A DNA stretch of 64,000 nucleotides from Podarcis filfolensis (taxonomy: Eukaryota): assembly GCA_964270895.1 (NCBI GenBank), contig OZ185435.1. One strand, 5' to 3'. The notes under the pieces were generated by a model. It ran no database searches. It was not told the origin of the DNA and worked only from the letters and a program-made list of their open reading frames with translations. Shown piece by piece: positions 13,101-24,400 of this stretch. Positions within the stretch are counted from its first letter, which is position 1, and every line of letters starts with the position of its first letter. The translations under genes were made by a program, and so were the position numbers.

Positions 13101-14539
13101 AAAGCTGCAGTGAGAAATTCAAAAGTCAAGGTAACAAATGGGGTGTAACTGACTGCCGCTTAATCAGTGCTCTTGCATCTCAAGTAGTAGAGTTCAGAGA
13201 ATTATTCTGAATGCTTTGTTTCAAATATTAGCTTGTGAGAGTGCCAGCTTTCACTGTTCCTCCAAGCTTGCGTTTTTGCAAGCTCTCATCTCTACCACAT
13301 TGTCAATAAATTTATGATGAGAACTGAATCCATGTGAAAACAATGGGCAGATAGACACTTCTGTGGAACATAAGCTAGAACCAGCTAATGAAGGCCCGGT
13401 GGGGCAGATAGGGAAGAATTTCCATGATTAGGCGGCAGACAAAAGCTAACATGATTCCATTCCCCCGCAGGTGGTTAGCAATCTCTTAGCACTGCCTCTT
13501 TCGTTCTGGAGACATTTTGTGGGAGAAGAGCAGGAGAACCTGGTGCCTTTGGTGCAAAAGCCCAGCATCGTGAATGAGCAAGGTGAACTGAAGTGTGGGT
13601 GGCTTGGGGAGGAAGAAATATAAGAGCCCCATCCTTACTCAGTTTTGGTGATCCTCCGAAGGACAGGGTGGTGGTGGTGGTGGTGGTGGGGAGCTAGACC
13701 TAATACTTCCCTCCAACCTTCCACCCACAGACCAGATCTTCTTTCCTCTGACTCCCCCTGAAGTCAGCACCATCCATATGAGCCCAGGAGGTGGCTGTCT
13801 CCCTAATAAGCTATGGGACTGCATTGGGACCACCTTCCCACCCTCGTAAGTGAGCTGGCACAGCTGCCTGGGGTGCATTTTGTGGGGTTGCAGGGGAAGG
13901 GGACCTGTGAGCTGAATGCAGCCATCAAGGCCTCCTTGTCGGGTCTCCCTGGACTTTCCCCTCACAGATACTGCTCCACTCCCTGCTTTTGCCTAACTGG
14001 AATGTGCTGTTAAACTATGATGGTGCTCTGCTTGTCTGGATGGAGAAGTAGCGAGTGTCTGTTTGGGTGTGTGAGAGAGAACTTCTGGTTTTCGTATGGC
14101 TGGAACATAGTCCAAAGATAGTCAATGATAAGTCACACCGGCTGCTCTGACCACTTTTGCTTCCGGCCCTGCTCACCACTAGTTTGCCACACCAGGAAGG
14201 TCGCCTGTGAGGGAAGGCTTTCTTCCGGCTGAAGAAGATTCCCCAACCCTGCTGCTACTGAGTGCTGCTACCATCCTTGGATAAGGACTGGGTTTGTTTG
14301 GGAAGGGTTATCAAACTCTTGTTGCCACAGCTGTCCATGTGCCCATGCCCCTGAGGTGTGGAGGCTCCTACATGTTGTGGGGGTTCTCTGACCTTCCTTT
14401 CACCTGCCCAGAGGGGCTGCTGCCAAGGGGGCTGCCATAGATGTCCACTCTGGGGTCTCCCTCTCCTGTTTTGTCTTCTGCCAGGAATGCCTCCCGCACC
14501 AAGAAGACGGGCAAATTCTTCCCACTTCCAGTATCATGA
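1114..14539 (+). CDS. RACGAP1: RACGAP1/MgcRacGAP/CYK4-like Rho-family GAP (divergent paralogue; coiled coil, C1 domain, RhoGAP domain); 15 coding exons in window, 5'-incomplete
   Basis: Exons with AG/GT boundaries and consistent phases: 1114-1316, 2624-2760, 5241-5313, 7283-7324, 7661-7741, 8087-8204, 9112-9293, 9980-10135, 10397-10492, 11320-11521, 11618-11723, 12491-12623, 13471-13582, 13731-13845, 14485-14539 (TGA 14537-39). The joined frame is open for about 602 codons. Diagnostic peptides: VLEVKLKHARNQVEVEMKKRHRAEAE, SDISFD, a complete C1 Cys/His set, GLYRVPG, LKDFLRSLKEPLVTF, LPLANRDTLAFLVLHL, NLARIFGPTLVGH. Several exon sizes (203, 137, 81, 118, 96, 106, 133) match those recalled for human RACGAP1. 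The symbol names the closest known homologue; this gene is probably a paralogue, not the 1:1 orthologue. Confidence 0.92.
1408..1590 (-). mobile_element. tRNA-headed squamate SINE remnant
   Basis: Reverse-oriented tRNA-like head (ggattggacc...gcagatgctttaccgctgagcta) plus a body shared with copies near 25903-26070, 35438-35520 and 39108-39260. Confidence 0.55.
2964..4421. mobile_element. Non-autonomous Tc1/mariner(pogo)-type element with CC(G/A)TATTTTT TIRs, composite interior
   Basis: TA-flanked imperfect TIRs of about 26 bp (CCATATTTTTTGCTCTATTGGACGCA and the reverse complement of TGCGTCCTATGGTGCGAAAAATACGG). The interior has GC-rich palindromic repeats and CR1 tails. Confidence 0.7.
3357..3560 (+). 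mobile_element. Two CR1-type LINE/SINE 3' tails
   Basis: ggactagatgac...ccc...attctatga and ctagatgaccctc...ccaactcta motifs typical of sauropsid CR1 3' ends. Confidence 0.65.
4550..4716. other. Assembly gap (167 N)
   Basis: Run of N, located in a RACGAP1-like intron. Confidence 1.
5569..5940. mobile_element. Mariner-type MITE (CCGTATTTTT-type TIR)
   Basis: TA + ACATATTTTTCCATGTAT at the left end; ATACACGAAAAAATACGG + TA at the right end. Confidence 0.65.
7103..7142. repeat. (TATG)10 microsatellite
   Basis: Read directly from the sequence. Confidence 0.97.
13667..13687. repeat. (GGT)7 microsatellite
   Basis: Read directly; lies in the short intron 13583-13730. Confidence 0.9.
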
Positions 14540-16130
14540 AGCAACTCTGATGCACCAGCGTTGCCTTGGCTTCCTCCCAGCAACCCTCTTCCTTGCCGCC
14601 TCCAGATTCCAGGCCTGTGTCCTCACATTTCAAAGGGAGATGCTATGTGCCTTATCTCTTAATGGTGGCTGACAATCGTTTCTCCAACCTACATGATCAG
14701 GAACAGAGGAGATCTTACCCCTCCCCTTTCATACTGTTGGGTCTTGCTTTGTGGACTTCTGAGTTTGCTGAAAACTCGAGGCATGTTCTTGAGCCATCTG
14801 TTTCCTCTGTTATGATGGACTCTGGGGCAGTGAAAACTGGGTTCAGCTTACCTTGTGTGCATACCTTTTCTGCCTTTCCCCCCATGTCCATTACCAGTTA
14901 TACTTGAATGGCAGAGTTGCTGTCATGTAGTGGATGGGGAAAGTCATTTCCTGGAGCAGTTCATTAGTGGTATCATTCTGATAAAAAACCAAACATGGCA
15001 CATTGGGAGGTTTTTCTAGCAATAGAATCCTCATCACCTCTTGATGCTCTTGATGCTGTCCCTGGTCCTCGTTAGAGCACTTGCATGTTTACAGAGGGCA
15101 GCTTCCTCAAAAACTGGAGTGGCTAAACACGAAGTGGTGGTATTTACTAGCACATGAGGTTGGTTTTACTATTCCCCCCCCTTCACAGTTTCTGTAACTC
15201 CTGTGCCTACTCGATTTGGGGTTTGTGGGGGTGTCAGCTGTGCTGGCGCACCACCCAATCAATCCCTTCTGCCCAGAATCATCCTAGAAGTAGTACCTCT
15301 GACCCAGCTTGGCCACATGTCAGCCCTGAGTGAGGCCATTTACTGTTAACGCGTGTGCCTTAATCACCAATGGAACTTAATTGATGCTGAACTTAAGGAG
15401 GCAAGACTTCTTAGCTCTGTACTTTTGCATTACCCTGTATCAATCAGTTATGAAAACGTCGTAAGAGTCTCCTGAGGCTAAAATGTCCACATATCCTTCT
15501 GGAGTGAATAGTATCAAAGAAGGATGGGAGATGAAAGACTGTCCAGAGCAATGCCTTGGTTTTGTTTCAGTTACTCCTGCCCAATCCCTTCACTTTCTCT
15601 GCTCGTTTCAGCAGTGCTCTAAACTTATGTATTTTGCTGAGGGAATTTTGGGTTCTTGCCACCTGAAAGATTCTATGGCTCTTAACAAATTATTTCCCCT
15701 TTGAGTGGAAGGAGCTGTAGCATGAACTTCTTTTCCAATGTGTGAGTCAACCTTACTCCAATGGCTGGGAACTGTGGTTCTAAATACTCAGTGAGGTCCC
15801 TCTAATGGGTGCTGAGTGCCTTAAAGGCATGGTCAACAGCGGGGAATTGGGTGTGGATGAGGATGCTCTCAAAGGGTGTTTTGAATTTTCGGGTCCCCAT
15901 TAAAATTCCATTGTGGATTTTTCTTTCATAAATATATTTGAAAAGACTTGAACAAGAAGATCCTAATAGCCTAATAATAAAGACACTGTTATCAATCTAT
16001 CATAATAAAACTATAATATCAGCATGTGACAGCCTTGCTATTTATCATTCAAAGAAGTCCACCCTCTTCCTTTCTCCTACCTTTAAATGTGCCCTTGCTA
16101 GTTTCTTTTTTTCTTCCTGGAGCAGCGAGC

Positions 16131-16250
16131 AGCAAATCTGGTGCCCTTCAGATGTTCTGGACCACAGTTACAACCACCGGCCATGCTGGGTGGAGCTGAT
16201 GACAGCTTTAATCCAAAACATCTGCAGAGCCCCCTATTGGCTGCCCCCTA
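16131..16250. mobile_element. Short palindromic hAT-like MITE remnant (cagatgtt...aacatctg family)
   Basis: The same motif set (ctccagatgtt...ccatgctggctgg...gatgggaattgtagtcc) recurs near 22020-22092, 26540-26640, 27705-27772, 34640-34695, 43094-43222 and 57812-58600. Confidence 0.55.
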
Positions 16251-16624
16251 TCCTGGAGATGCATTGCTCCTCCTGTGAAACGTAATAGCATCACCAACTG
16301 GCCACTGAACATGTGGCCTCCAGTGGATACAAGATGGGTGGGATGCAAGATGGGTGTTGAAAGAAAAGGTGTAACTATCCCCAGGAACTTTCTGCTTCCC
16401 TGGAATATCCAAGTACCTTATGCATACATACACACAAAGGTAGTCATGCTTGTTTGCATATAGTCTGTGTCTTAATATGAAAGTTTATTTCAAAGAACAT
16501 GAACACAACAACAAGAAGAGAAACTGCATGCTTTCCTGTAGTGAGACCCTCCCCACTAAGTCTGCTGGGAAAATGCTACCTACCTCCTAGCAAATCCTTC
16601 TGTTGCTGCTCGGGGAACTCAATA

Positions 16625-16866
16625 CAGTGGTACCTCGGGTTACATACGCTTCAGGTTACAGGCGCTTCAGGTTAAAGACTCCACTAACCCAGAAATAGTA
16701 CCTCGGGTTAAGAACTTTGCTTCAGGATGAGAACAGAAATCACGGCGCCGCAGCACGGCAGCAACGGGAGGCCCCATTAGCTAAAGTGGTGCTTCAGGTT
16801 AAGAACAGTTTCAGGTTAAGAATGGACCTTTGGAACGAATTAAGTACTTAACCTGAGGTACCACTG
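16625..16866. mobile_element. Tc1/mariner(Tigger/pogo)-type MITE, 242 bp
   Basis: TA target duplication and near-perfect TIR CAGTGGTACCTC(G/A)GGTTA. Internal repeats of the cttcaggtta type. Confidence 0.85.
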
Positions 16867-19686
16867 TAGTCAAAAGCCTTGGTTTTTACTGTAGGCTGAA
16901 GAGGAAAGATGGCAAGTTGCTTGTTGTCAGCTATAGGAAAATGGTGGACTGAGCTAGGTTTTTTCTAAAGTTGACAGAAAGTGACCCCATAGTGTTCTGT
17001 AATAGTATAAAATACATTTGAAAGCATTTCCATGAATTTCAGAACTCCCCGTTCCCTCTTAAATTATTTTTCTTCAGCTTAGGTCACGTCAGCTTCACAC
17101 CTTGTTGCTGGTTCAGGTACAATGAAAAATCACAACAATAAAAATAATGCAATAGCCTGCTAAGTGCTTAGTCCTGTGTTGGAAGCAACCTGCCTTTTCT
17201 CCAAAGCAGCAGGGTCTAATGCGGAAATCCTTTCTCTGTTGAAGTCATGGAGCCAAACCACTGCGATCGTAGTCTGCCTTCCTCTTGTGAGTGACATGGG
17301 CCTTCTTGAGTGTCCGTATGTCTGGAGCAGTAGCAGTCACCTCAGTTCAGTCAAAAGCATCTGCTAGAGGCCTTGAAGCAGGATGGATTTTTGTGCATGA
17401 TAACATGTCCTACAGTCAGCAGGGGATAGAAAAAGGAGACAAGCAACAGGTGCAAATGTTCAACCAGGGCCAGCTTTCTCTCCATCTGTAGCATGGCTGC
17501 TTCTATAACACTCTAGCAGATTTCAGCGGTTGAAAAATCTATTTACAGTTCTGCAGTTCAGATCCTCCTTTCTTATTGCTTCTCTCACCTCTTTCTGCAT
17601 CATAGGAGGAACACGCAGCCAAAGCACCAATGTTGCCTGTTAGGAAGAAATCTCTCTCTCTCTCTTTCATGGGCTGGAAAGCCCCACCTTACCCTCATGT
17701 GTCACAGATGCCCTGGAGGTAACCCAAAGTGCTGGGTAGCAAGTGTGGCCTTGAATGGCATCAGATTGAATACCGGTCGATGCCTGTAGAAGGGAATGAA
17801 GAAAGTTAATACCATAGTGGGAGAAGGATCCTGCCTATGCTTCTCCCTCTTTGTTGTCTGATGGGCGTGACTCGGTTGGGAAGCAGCTGTTTCCTTCCAT
17901 GAACTACATATCCCAGAGGATAAGTCCTGTTCCCCAAGCTGGCCTGCTGGGAAGAATCGCTGCAGTCATAGACACAGGCCAGGCTGTGCCTCCTATAACA
18001 AACTCCTGGCCTAGAGAACATGCAGAAGCCTCATTGGATGCAGTGGCCTCCTCACTAAGAAGAAATATTCCCAAATGGGGTGATCAGTAAAGTTTCTAAA
18101 AGTTCAAAACCTCTTGCTTACAGTTAGAGGCTTTTGATGATCAGAGGCTAGTTGGTGCCTGAAATGCACCTCCTCTTTTCATGCTGCTTTTTATCATGTT
18201 AGCTGGTGGTCTCTCTTCTCCAGCCCAGCCCTTACGGTTCTTGGGTAGTCCCGTGGTTGCAATTACCAGAGAGGGGTGTTCTGCTTAAAAGCAGTTGCAT
18301 TGCTCAAGCTGAGCAAGTTTGGCCCTGAAAGCCATATACAGGGGGAGACTGCCTGAGAATCCTTGGGAAGCTGCTCTGAGCTTTAGTGTTTTAGCCACTG
18401 GTGTTACATGCCCAAGCTTATTAAATTTCTTGTGCTCCATCATAAACTAGATAATCAGGAGCCAAAACCAGTCGGTTGAGTGGCAATCCTAAAAGTAACT
18501 CAGCCAGAAGTTAGGTGCAGATCGAACTTACTTGCAGTTTCTTAGCTGCCTTTCAAGCATTGTACTGGGAGTGGGGGGTTCTGCAGCAAAAAAATGGCTT
18601 AGGATTTTGGCTAAGCAACTCTATCCCACTAATTTATTCTGCAGTGAATTATACTTGAGGCAACTTGCATTTCCTTATATCAGGCCCAGGAAATGTGTGG
18701 CCCTCCTAGATGTCCTACACCACCTCCCATCATCCCATACTGTTCCCCATGCTGGCTGAGGGCTGATCTGATTTGGAAAGTCCAACAACATCATGAGGAC
18801 TGCACGGGTAAGCCACCCCCTCTATGGCATGGTGGCTACAGGCGCTGACCAAAGAGATGCTACCCTACACAGACCACGGACAGATCCACTCCAGCTTGCG
18901 TACAAACATGTAGGAGCACAGATGCAGCCGTACACACAGCTAGTTGCGGGAAGGTGGCAACACAGTGAACCAGAGAGCCCATGGCATCAGGCAAGAACAA
19001 GGGAGATCATTCAGACTCAAGCCCAGTGGAACAAGGCAACAAGAAGCCGTAGGTGGTGGCAGCCTGTGTACCTGTGGCCAGAGCCTCTCCTGGGAGCCAC
19101 ATCAGCCAGAATTGTGTGCTTTTGGGGGGAATTGAGTGGTAAACGCAAGAGGAAATAATAATGTGGTTGCTATAACAACTAATGGGTAGTCTAGGTTGTG
19201 CACCAGCCACGCAAGGCATGAGGCTGATCTACCCCCCCACCCTTTATAGCTTATGTCAAGATGGGAGGAGAAAGTTCCTTAGCTCTTTTTTCTAGCTGCT
19301 GTGCTCATCCATCACTGAGATGCTCCTATGCAGGTGGAAGAGTGAGAGAAAGCTGACGACGCCCCCCAAAACTTGTAGATAATGTAATAAAAGTAGCAGA
19401 AGCTGGATCCTGCAATAGTAAACTACTATACTGTCCCTGCCCCCACAATGGTAAGGGAAGCTTTGTTGCAAGGGAGATTTAAATTAGAGAGATTAAATAT
19501 TAATTTAAATAAAATTAACTGGGAATAAAAAGAATGGAAGTAAGAGAAGAAGCGAACGTAAAGGGAACAAAGAGAAGGGATTAAAGAAGCAGGCTGTTTC
19601 TGGCAGGGGAAAGTAGGATACAAGTTAAGTGTGAAAGGAGATGGGGAGAAGAAATGAGAGATTATGAAAAATACTTTTTTGAATGG

Positions 19687-19688
<2 letters not shown>

Positions 19689-19718
<30 letters not shown>
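19689..19718. repeat. (TG)15 microsatellite
   Basis: Read directly from the sequence. Confidence 0.97.
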
Positions 19719-19722
<4 letters not shown>

Positions 19723-20904
19723 TGGGGAAAGAGGTATGTGCAGATAAAATGCCTTCTCCCCTTTTAGCCTCTAGCTCAGCAAATTCTGCCTATAAAGGAG
19801 AGGCTGAGTCATGGTAACTCCAATATTTATACTTAGCTTGAGGAAAGCTGAACTGTGGAACTCCTTGTCACAAGGAAACCACTTTGGCAGAGAATTTAGC
19901 AGGTTCCAGAAATGGATTAGATACCAGTGAACAATTATGCCAGATGATTAGAATAAACTCTGCCTGCATTCACCACCATTCTATTACTGGCTCTGCCATT
20001 TTGTGTTCGGTAGGCCTCTCAGGTGGTTGCTGGGGGGGTAGAAAGCTTGAGAACTCCTGAGTTAGAAGTCAGAGAAGAAATCACAGCAGGTGAGTAAAAA
20101 CAGTTTACAAGGCATGGAAGGGGAGCAGGGGGAACTCTTCTGAGATACACAGTGGCTGAATTTCTGATGGGCAGCTTTGAAGTCACAGGAGAGCTTTCAG
20201 ATAAAGGGGGGAATTTGGGGGTGGGGAACTGTGGCTGTGTGTGCTTTATCCACTGAATATCATATTTTTCCATTGCAACCTTTAAAGGCTAAGCTTAACA
20301 GCTCACCTGACACTCTACCTGCCCCCAAGCTGTAACTGCCTCTGTGCCTTTAGCAACCACAACAGGTAAATAAATCAGCTGGGGTGACTACAGGGCATGG
20401 GAAGTAACATAACCCCCAGCTCATGTTACCCAGTGAAATGGTTATTACTGAAAAACCACCATTTCCCTGTGATAAAATCTGTGCTAGGGAAATGCAGTGG
20501 AAAAGCAGGGTTTTATCATTTCAATTGGAAATGAATCTAACATGCAGCACATCTACTAACACTCTGCCAAAAGAAATTTACATATATGTGAGACATACAC
20601 CAGCTTTCCCACTACACAGCTGCTTAGTTTTCTGGATGCAGAGGGTTCCTCTGATGCCGTCCAGTTCTATAACCAGCTCTTCCCATGCAATAAAACACTT
20701 CCAACAATTGGTGTGCCGTGCTAGCACCAAGGGATGTGAAAAAGAGTAAGGAGAAAATCTGAATGGATTAGAGGTGGAGTGAGAAGCTGCTGATTGTAAA
20801 GGTTTAAGCACAGCTTTGATGTATCAGGAGGCCTCTCTCTTGCCAGAAGCTGGAACGCTGCCTGTGTGTGTCTGAGCAGCCCCCCTAATAATCATAATCA
20901 TAAA

Positions 20905-21190
20905 TAATGTATTAAATTTGTATACCACCCTTCATCTGAAGATCACAGGGCAGTTCACAACATAAAAATAAATGCAAAATACATAATAAAAACAAACCCA
21001 TAAGCCCCCCTCCCACAAACACATTAAAAAGGACATAGAATGTTAATCAGCCAAAGGCCTGGTTAAAGAGAAACGTTTTCACCTGCTGCCTGGATATATG
21101 TAATGAAGGTGCCAGGTGAGCCTCTCCGGGGAGCCACTGCCGAAAGGGCCCATTCTTGTATTGCCACCCTGCGGACCTCTCATGAAGAGG
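20905..21190 (-). mobile_element. L2/CR1-group LINE 3' remnant
   Basis: Reverse lizard LINE tail pattern (tttgtataccaccc...cagggcagttcacaac...aaggcctggttaaagag). Related tails occur near 9770-9845, 43230-43610, 49560-49680, 51530-51800 and 60310-60412. Confidence 0.5.
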
Positions 21191-21439
21191 TTCCTCCTAC
21201 AAGGCTATGCTGTGTTTACGATCCATAGCATTGGCCTCCCTTCCAGGCTGGGTGTTTGGTTCTAGACAGACAGAAATACAGACCTGGCTTGGCCGGACGG
21301 ACAAGAGAGACCCAGCAGCAAGGCAAAAACGAGCAGCAGGGCAGAGGCTAGAGAGGCCAAGGCATGGGGCCTACCTGAGCTGGAGAGAAGCGGAGGAAAT
21401 GGAGGGTACAAATGGAGGAAGGATGGAGCGTCAGGCGGC

Positions 21440-24400
21440 TTAAGAGTTTAGGGCATCGATACCTGCAGGCGTGAGAACCAGGGCTTGGAGAATGTCAGAG
21501 AGGGACACGATCCCCCGCGGGGTTTTCTTCTCATCCACCAGAACCAGACGATGGACCTGCCAGATGAGTGAGCCACACACCATCACGGAGAGAAGAGTAC
21601 GGTAACGGGATGAGCCGAGATGAGTGCTTGACATCCACAGGGCTAGAGTTACCCCTCCCTCCTGAGGCAAACCTCAGAAACGTTTCCCTTTGGTGGCATA
21701 ATGCTATTATTATTATTATGAACATCATCACCATCCTAGTACAGCAAGATAGCCGAGGGACAGGGCATTCTGGGAAAAGTTACAATTAAGAGTGGCAGGC
21801 AGGAAAGTTAAAGCTGGGTGCTGTTGCGCCGCCTATTAGCCTTTAGTTGCAGAGGAGCAACTGTGCTGTACAGAAAATGAGTCTAGGGCTGCTTCCCACA
21901 TTATAATTTTTTAAGGTATGTGTCTTTGCATATGGAAACACCTGTTTGCTTCTAGAATGGGGAATCTGTGACCCTCTAGGTGTTTTTGCTGAACTACATT
22001 ACCCTTCATCCCTGACCATTGACCATGCTGGCTGGGGCTGATGGGAATTGGGGTCCCAACGCTTTGTGAAGGACCACAGGTTCCCCACTGGTTCAGTAAA
22101 TCATTACACGCAACAGACAGATGTTTCCCACCATATGCATGAGACCTGTATGTGCAGCAGGGAGCTGGGACTTGCCATGGCTTCCTGCTGTATGGCAGCA
22201 AACAGCTGTTTTCTCTCATATAACATGTGAAGCAGCCTTTAGGTGTCCAGTTCTCATCAGCTTCTGAAGATGGTTTCACTTACCTTGGGGACCACCCACC
22301 TGAGCAAGCTACCTCTTCTGTGCGGGCTCTTGGCTTTCCCCGTGGACCCCCCTTTTAAGTGATTCATTGGGAATAGCTTCTACCCTGGAGAAGTCTCATG
22401 AGAATTATTTTGGGAGTTTTTGCTTTTTTGCTTAAATGGTTGGAATACAGTATTCCACAATATTTCCCATCCTTTTCCTAGGGCCTGTAAGCCACTAGTG
22501 TGGACTTGTCTCTTCCATGAGTGTCATGGGGAAGAACAAGCCAGAGATGGTTACTGCTGGAACACCTATGCCAAGAGAGCAAAGTCAATCAGGCGACAGG
22601 ATTAGAGGCTGACTGGATTAGAAAGTGTCACTGGGCATGACTTGAGTAAGCAGAAAGTAGAGACAGAAGAGGTTTAGGCTGAACATTTAACTCCTGAAGT
22701 CAGATTTTATGGACCTGGAGAGGTCAAGGTCTTGCCACAGAGTAACTGTTACCTAAAGCTGCACATTCTTCCTGCTCCACTCTGGCATACCTGCTCCTTG
22801 GCGATGCGATCAATAATGTCTTCCATCGTTTCATAAGGATGGCAGGTGAGCACCCCTTCCAGGCAGACTGAGCGCTGCTTCAGTGCTTCCCCCACAGTAA
22901 TGTCCAGGTTGTTGTAGGACTTCTGGGCAGCCAAGTGCTAAGCAGAGACAAGGAAATGGTTTGAAGCCACCATGACAGATCATCCAGGCAGGGGCTTGGC
23001 ATTAGCAGAGAATAAAGCTACCCCAATCCCACTTTGCATAGGTGGGAGAACTCTAACTTTAATATCCAGGTAACTCTTGCTGAAACAAGGCTCAGTTGCT
23101 ACACACTGGTTTAATGCACCTTGTGACAGCCACTTTGATAAATGGACCCTAATCCGCCATCAATTTAGAGTCACAGCCCTGGAGACAATGTTCTCCTTTG
23201 CTTTTCACCCTATGTTTAAGAGGGAAACTGCTGCTGACTTCTCTGTCTAGAGCTGAAAAATAGTAGTGAAAATTAGTAACACCACCTAAATCCCTTTAGA
23301 TAGATGGAGTTCAGGAAACATTTGTGAAGGATACCAAACCACACACACACACACTACCAAGTGATGTTCCCATCTTAAAATTTTAAACAGGTACTGCATC
23401 CCCTAGAGGTAAGACAGGGAAACATTCTATTTTCTTAGCTTTAGCTATTAAAAAAATCCATTCTCCCGCCAACCAACTTCACACCTGCAAAAATATGATT
23501 GTGCTGTACTTACAATCACATCAAAGCGAGAGTAGAGGCCAACTACCCTCCCTGTAAAGAGAAAGTGAGGGAAGCATTATAAGGGACTCAGTAGAGAAAA
23601 CCCTCCCATTCACCCACCTCATAATGTAGCTATCATCCATTTTTAAAAAGTATTGATATATTTAATACGTTCCAACTAAGCAAGTATTCCATATGTATTA
23701 ATCAGAAAAATAATTAAGAAATACCCGATAAAAGAAAATATCCACTGACAATAAAGTCTTGAATAGAGCTAGACACAGAGCATTATTCATTCATATTATC
23801 ATATATGTGAACACCACTTTTCCAGGCTTTTATCACATCTTGAAGTTCATAGTTAATACATAAAAAGAGGGTTCCTGATTTTATGACAGCGGGTGGAATT
23901 TACAAAAGTGACAACATCTGGGTGATGGTGATTCAACACTATCTCTGAGATGTTACATATAGCACTATGGGTCATTGGCTCAAGCAGGGTGGGTGGGATT
24001 CAAATATGGAACCCCAAAACGGTGCAGCTTGGCAAAAGATGCATCACAAGATTGGCTTGGATTGTTTGATAAATGTCACATAGGGTTTGTGGAATTTCAG
24101 GGCCCAAGAAAAAAGTAGAGGCTGAATTAGAAAGCTGATAACCTATGAGAGAGAGGTAAGGCTCAGCTGAAACGGCAAACATAGCGGTGAGCAGAGCAGA
24201 GGAGCTCCCCGCAGCAAGTACCGGTACCTTTTTCATTAACAACAGGCAATGCTGAGACCCTGCGGTCCACAAAAATCTCCAAGGCTGTGTAGACAGGGGC
24301 TGACTCCAGGACCATGGCAACGTCACGGAAGGTGCCGATGCCCAGTTCCAGGATGGTTTTCTGCAGGAATCGTGGCTTTGGAAGCATGGCTCCCTGTAGT

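Noticed and set aside
15976-18638. Specific poly(A) site calls for the RACGAP1-like gene and PRKAG3
   Set aside because: There are several AATAAA hexamers in AT-rich DNA, and I cannot choose among them without transcript data.
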